Assembly: GCF_001194135.2 (NCBI RefSeq)
Contig: NC_068981.1
Span: 6,535,903 to 6,599,902 of the forward strand
Length of the DNA stretch: 64,000 bases
DNA from: Octopus bimaculoides
Lineage: Eukaryota
Reading direction: 5' to 3'
Shown: positions 63,340 through 64,000 of the stretch, in pieces
Layout: each line of letters starts with the position of its first letter
How positions within the stretch are numbered: the stretch's first letter is position 1
Notes under the pieces: generated by a model
What the model saw: the letters and a program-made list of their open reading frames with translations, nothing else
Database searches by the model: none
Told to the model about the DNA's origin: nothing
Position numbers and translations under genes: made by a program

Positions 63340-63740
63340 CACTCTATCTATACCACTTTCTCTTTCTCTTCCCTTCACTCTGAACACACACTTATATCCA
63401 TTTAGTGTTGACTGTTGGGAAAAATAGCACACAAAAACTTAATAGAGAATATTATACGTTATTTTGGTTGAGTTAGTCTCTTTCTATTGTTATCTGATTA
63501 TCTATCATGCTATCTAGCTCTGCAACAAACCATATATAAATTGCTCTCTCCCTCCTCTCTCTCCCTCTGTCTCTCTCTCTCTCTCTCTGTACACACACAC
63601 ACACACACATATATATATANNNNNNNNNNNNNNNNNNNNNNNNNNNNNNNNNNNNNNNNNNNNNNNNNNNNNNNNNNNNNNNNNNNNNNNNNNNNNNNNN
63701 NNNNNNNNNNNNNNNNNNNNNNNNNNNNNNNNNNNTATAT

Positions 63741-63775
<35 letters not shown>

Positions 63776-64000
63776 CATAGATAGATAAGGCCTTAATAGT
63801 GGTTGTATGTGCCTGTAGGTAACGGTACCATTATATCTATTGCCAGTTTTGGTGTCCAGTTATATAATAATCGCAATGAATACCAACAGAGTTGATACTA
63901 TCGCTTCCCTTGGAGTCCACTAAAGATCAAACATATCGACATGGATATTGACGTGAAATTGCAATTATGGCTTTAATGGTCTGCTGACGTAGAAAAAGAG

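Noticed and set aside
927-63778. Long ORFs in the supplied track (200-400 aa)
   Set aside because: They consist of N-runs (X) or dinucleotide/trinucleotide repeats (YIYI, CVCV, poly-N, poly-I, poly-L) and carry no coding signal.
1-64000. CRISPR array or prokaryotic operon/defence system
   Set aside because: No constant repeats with unique spacers and no gene-dense prokaryotic organisation; the sequence is animal non-coding DNA.

Overview
Gap-riddled, AT-rich eukaryotic scaffold. It is dense in (AT)n, (GT)n, (CT)n, (AAT)n and (GAA)n microsatellites, and its SINE families point to an Octopus-type cephalopod draft genome (inference; no database search was run). No intact protein-coding gene can be supported. 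Nearly all ORFs in the supplied track are artefacts of N-runs or microsatellites. The recognisable content is mobile DNA: two abundant tRNA-derived SINE families (about 18 copies) and a V-SINE-like copy; a Penelope-like (GIY-YIG) relic; HERO, R4/Dong, RTE-like and possibly L1/Tx1 LINE fragments; maT (DD37D), mariner and Tigger-like DNA transposon relics; and hAT-type and long-TIR MITEs. The most interesting signal is a recurring minimal type I hammerhead ribozyme (HHR) theme. First, a 331-bp insertion at 39091-39421 combines a tRNA-like Pol III head, an (AAT)n spacer, an intact-core minimal HHR and a tandem tail, and is bounded by a perfect 10-bp target-site duplication, so it looks like a ribozyme-bearing SINE that moved as one unit. 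Second, a head-to-head Penelope-type inverted repeat is followed by an HHR at 29.2-29.6 kb. Third, a 152-bp tandem and inverted array at 48.6-49.4 kb has a unit that folds as an HHR with a mutated core (retrozyme-like). A few candidate exons and regulatory motif clusters are listed at low confidence. TE boundaries are approximate and were read by eye.
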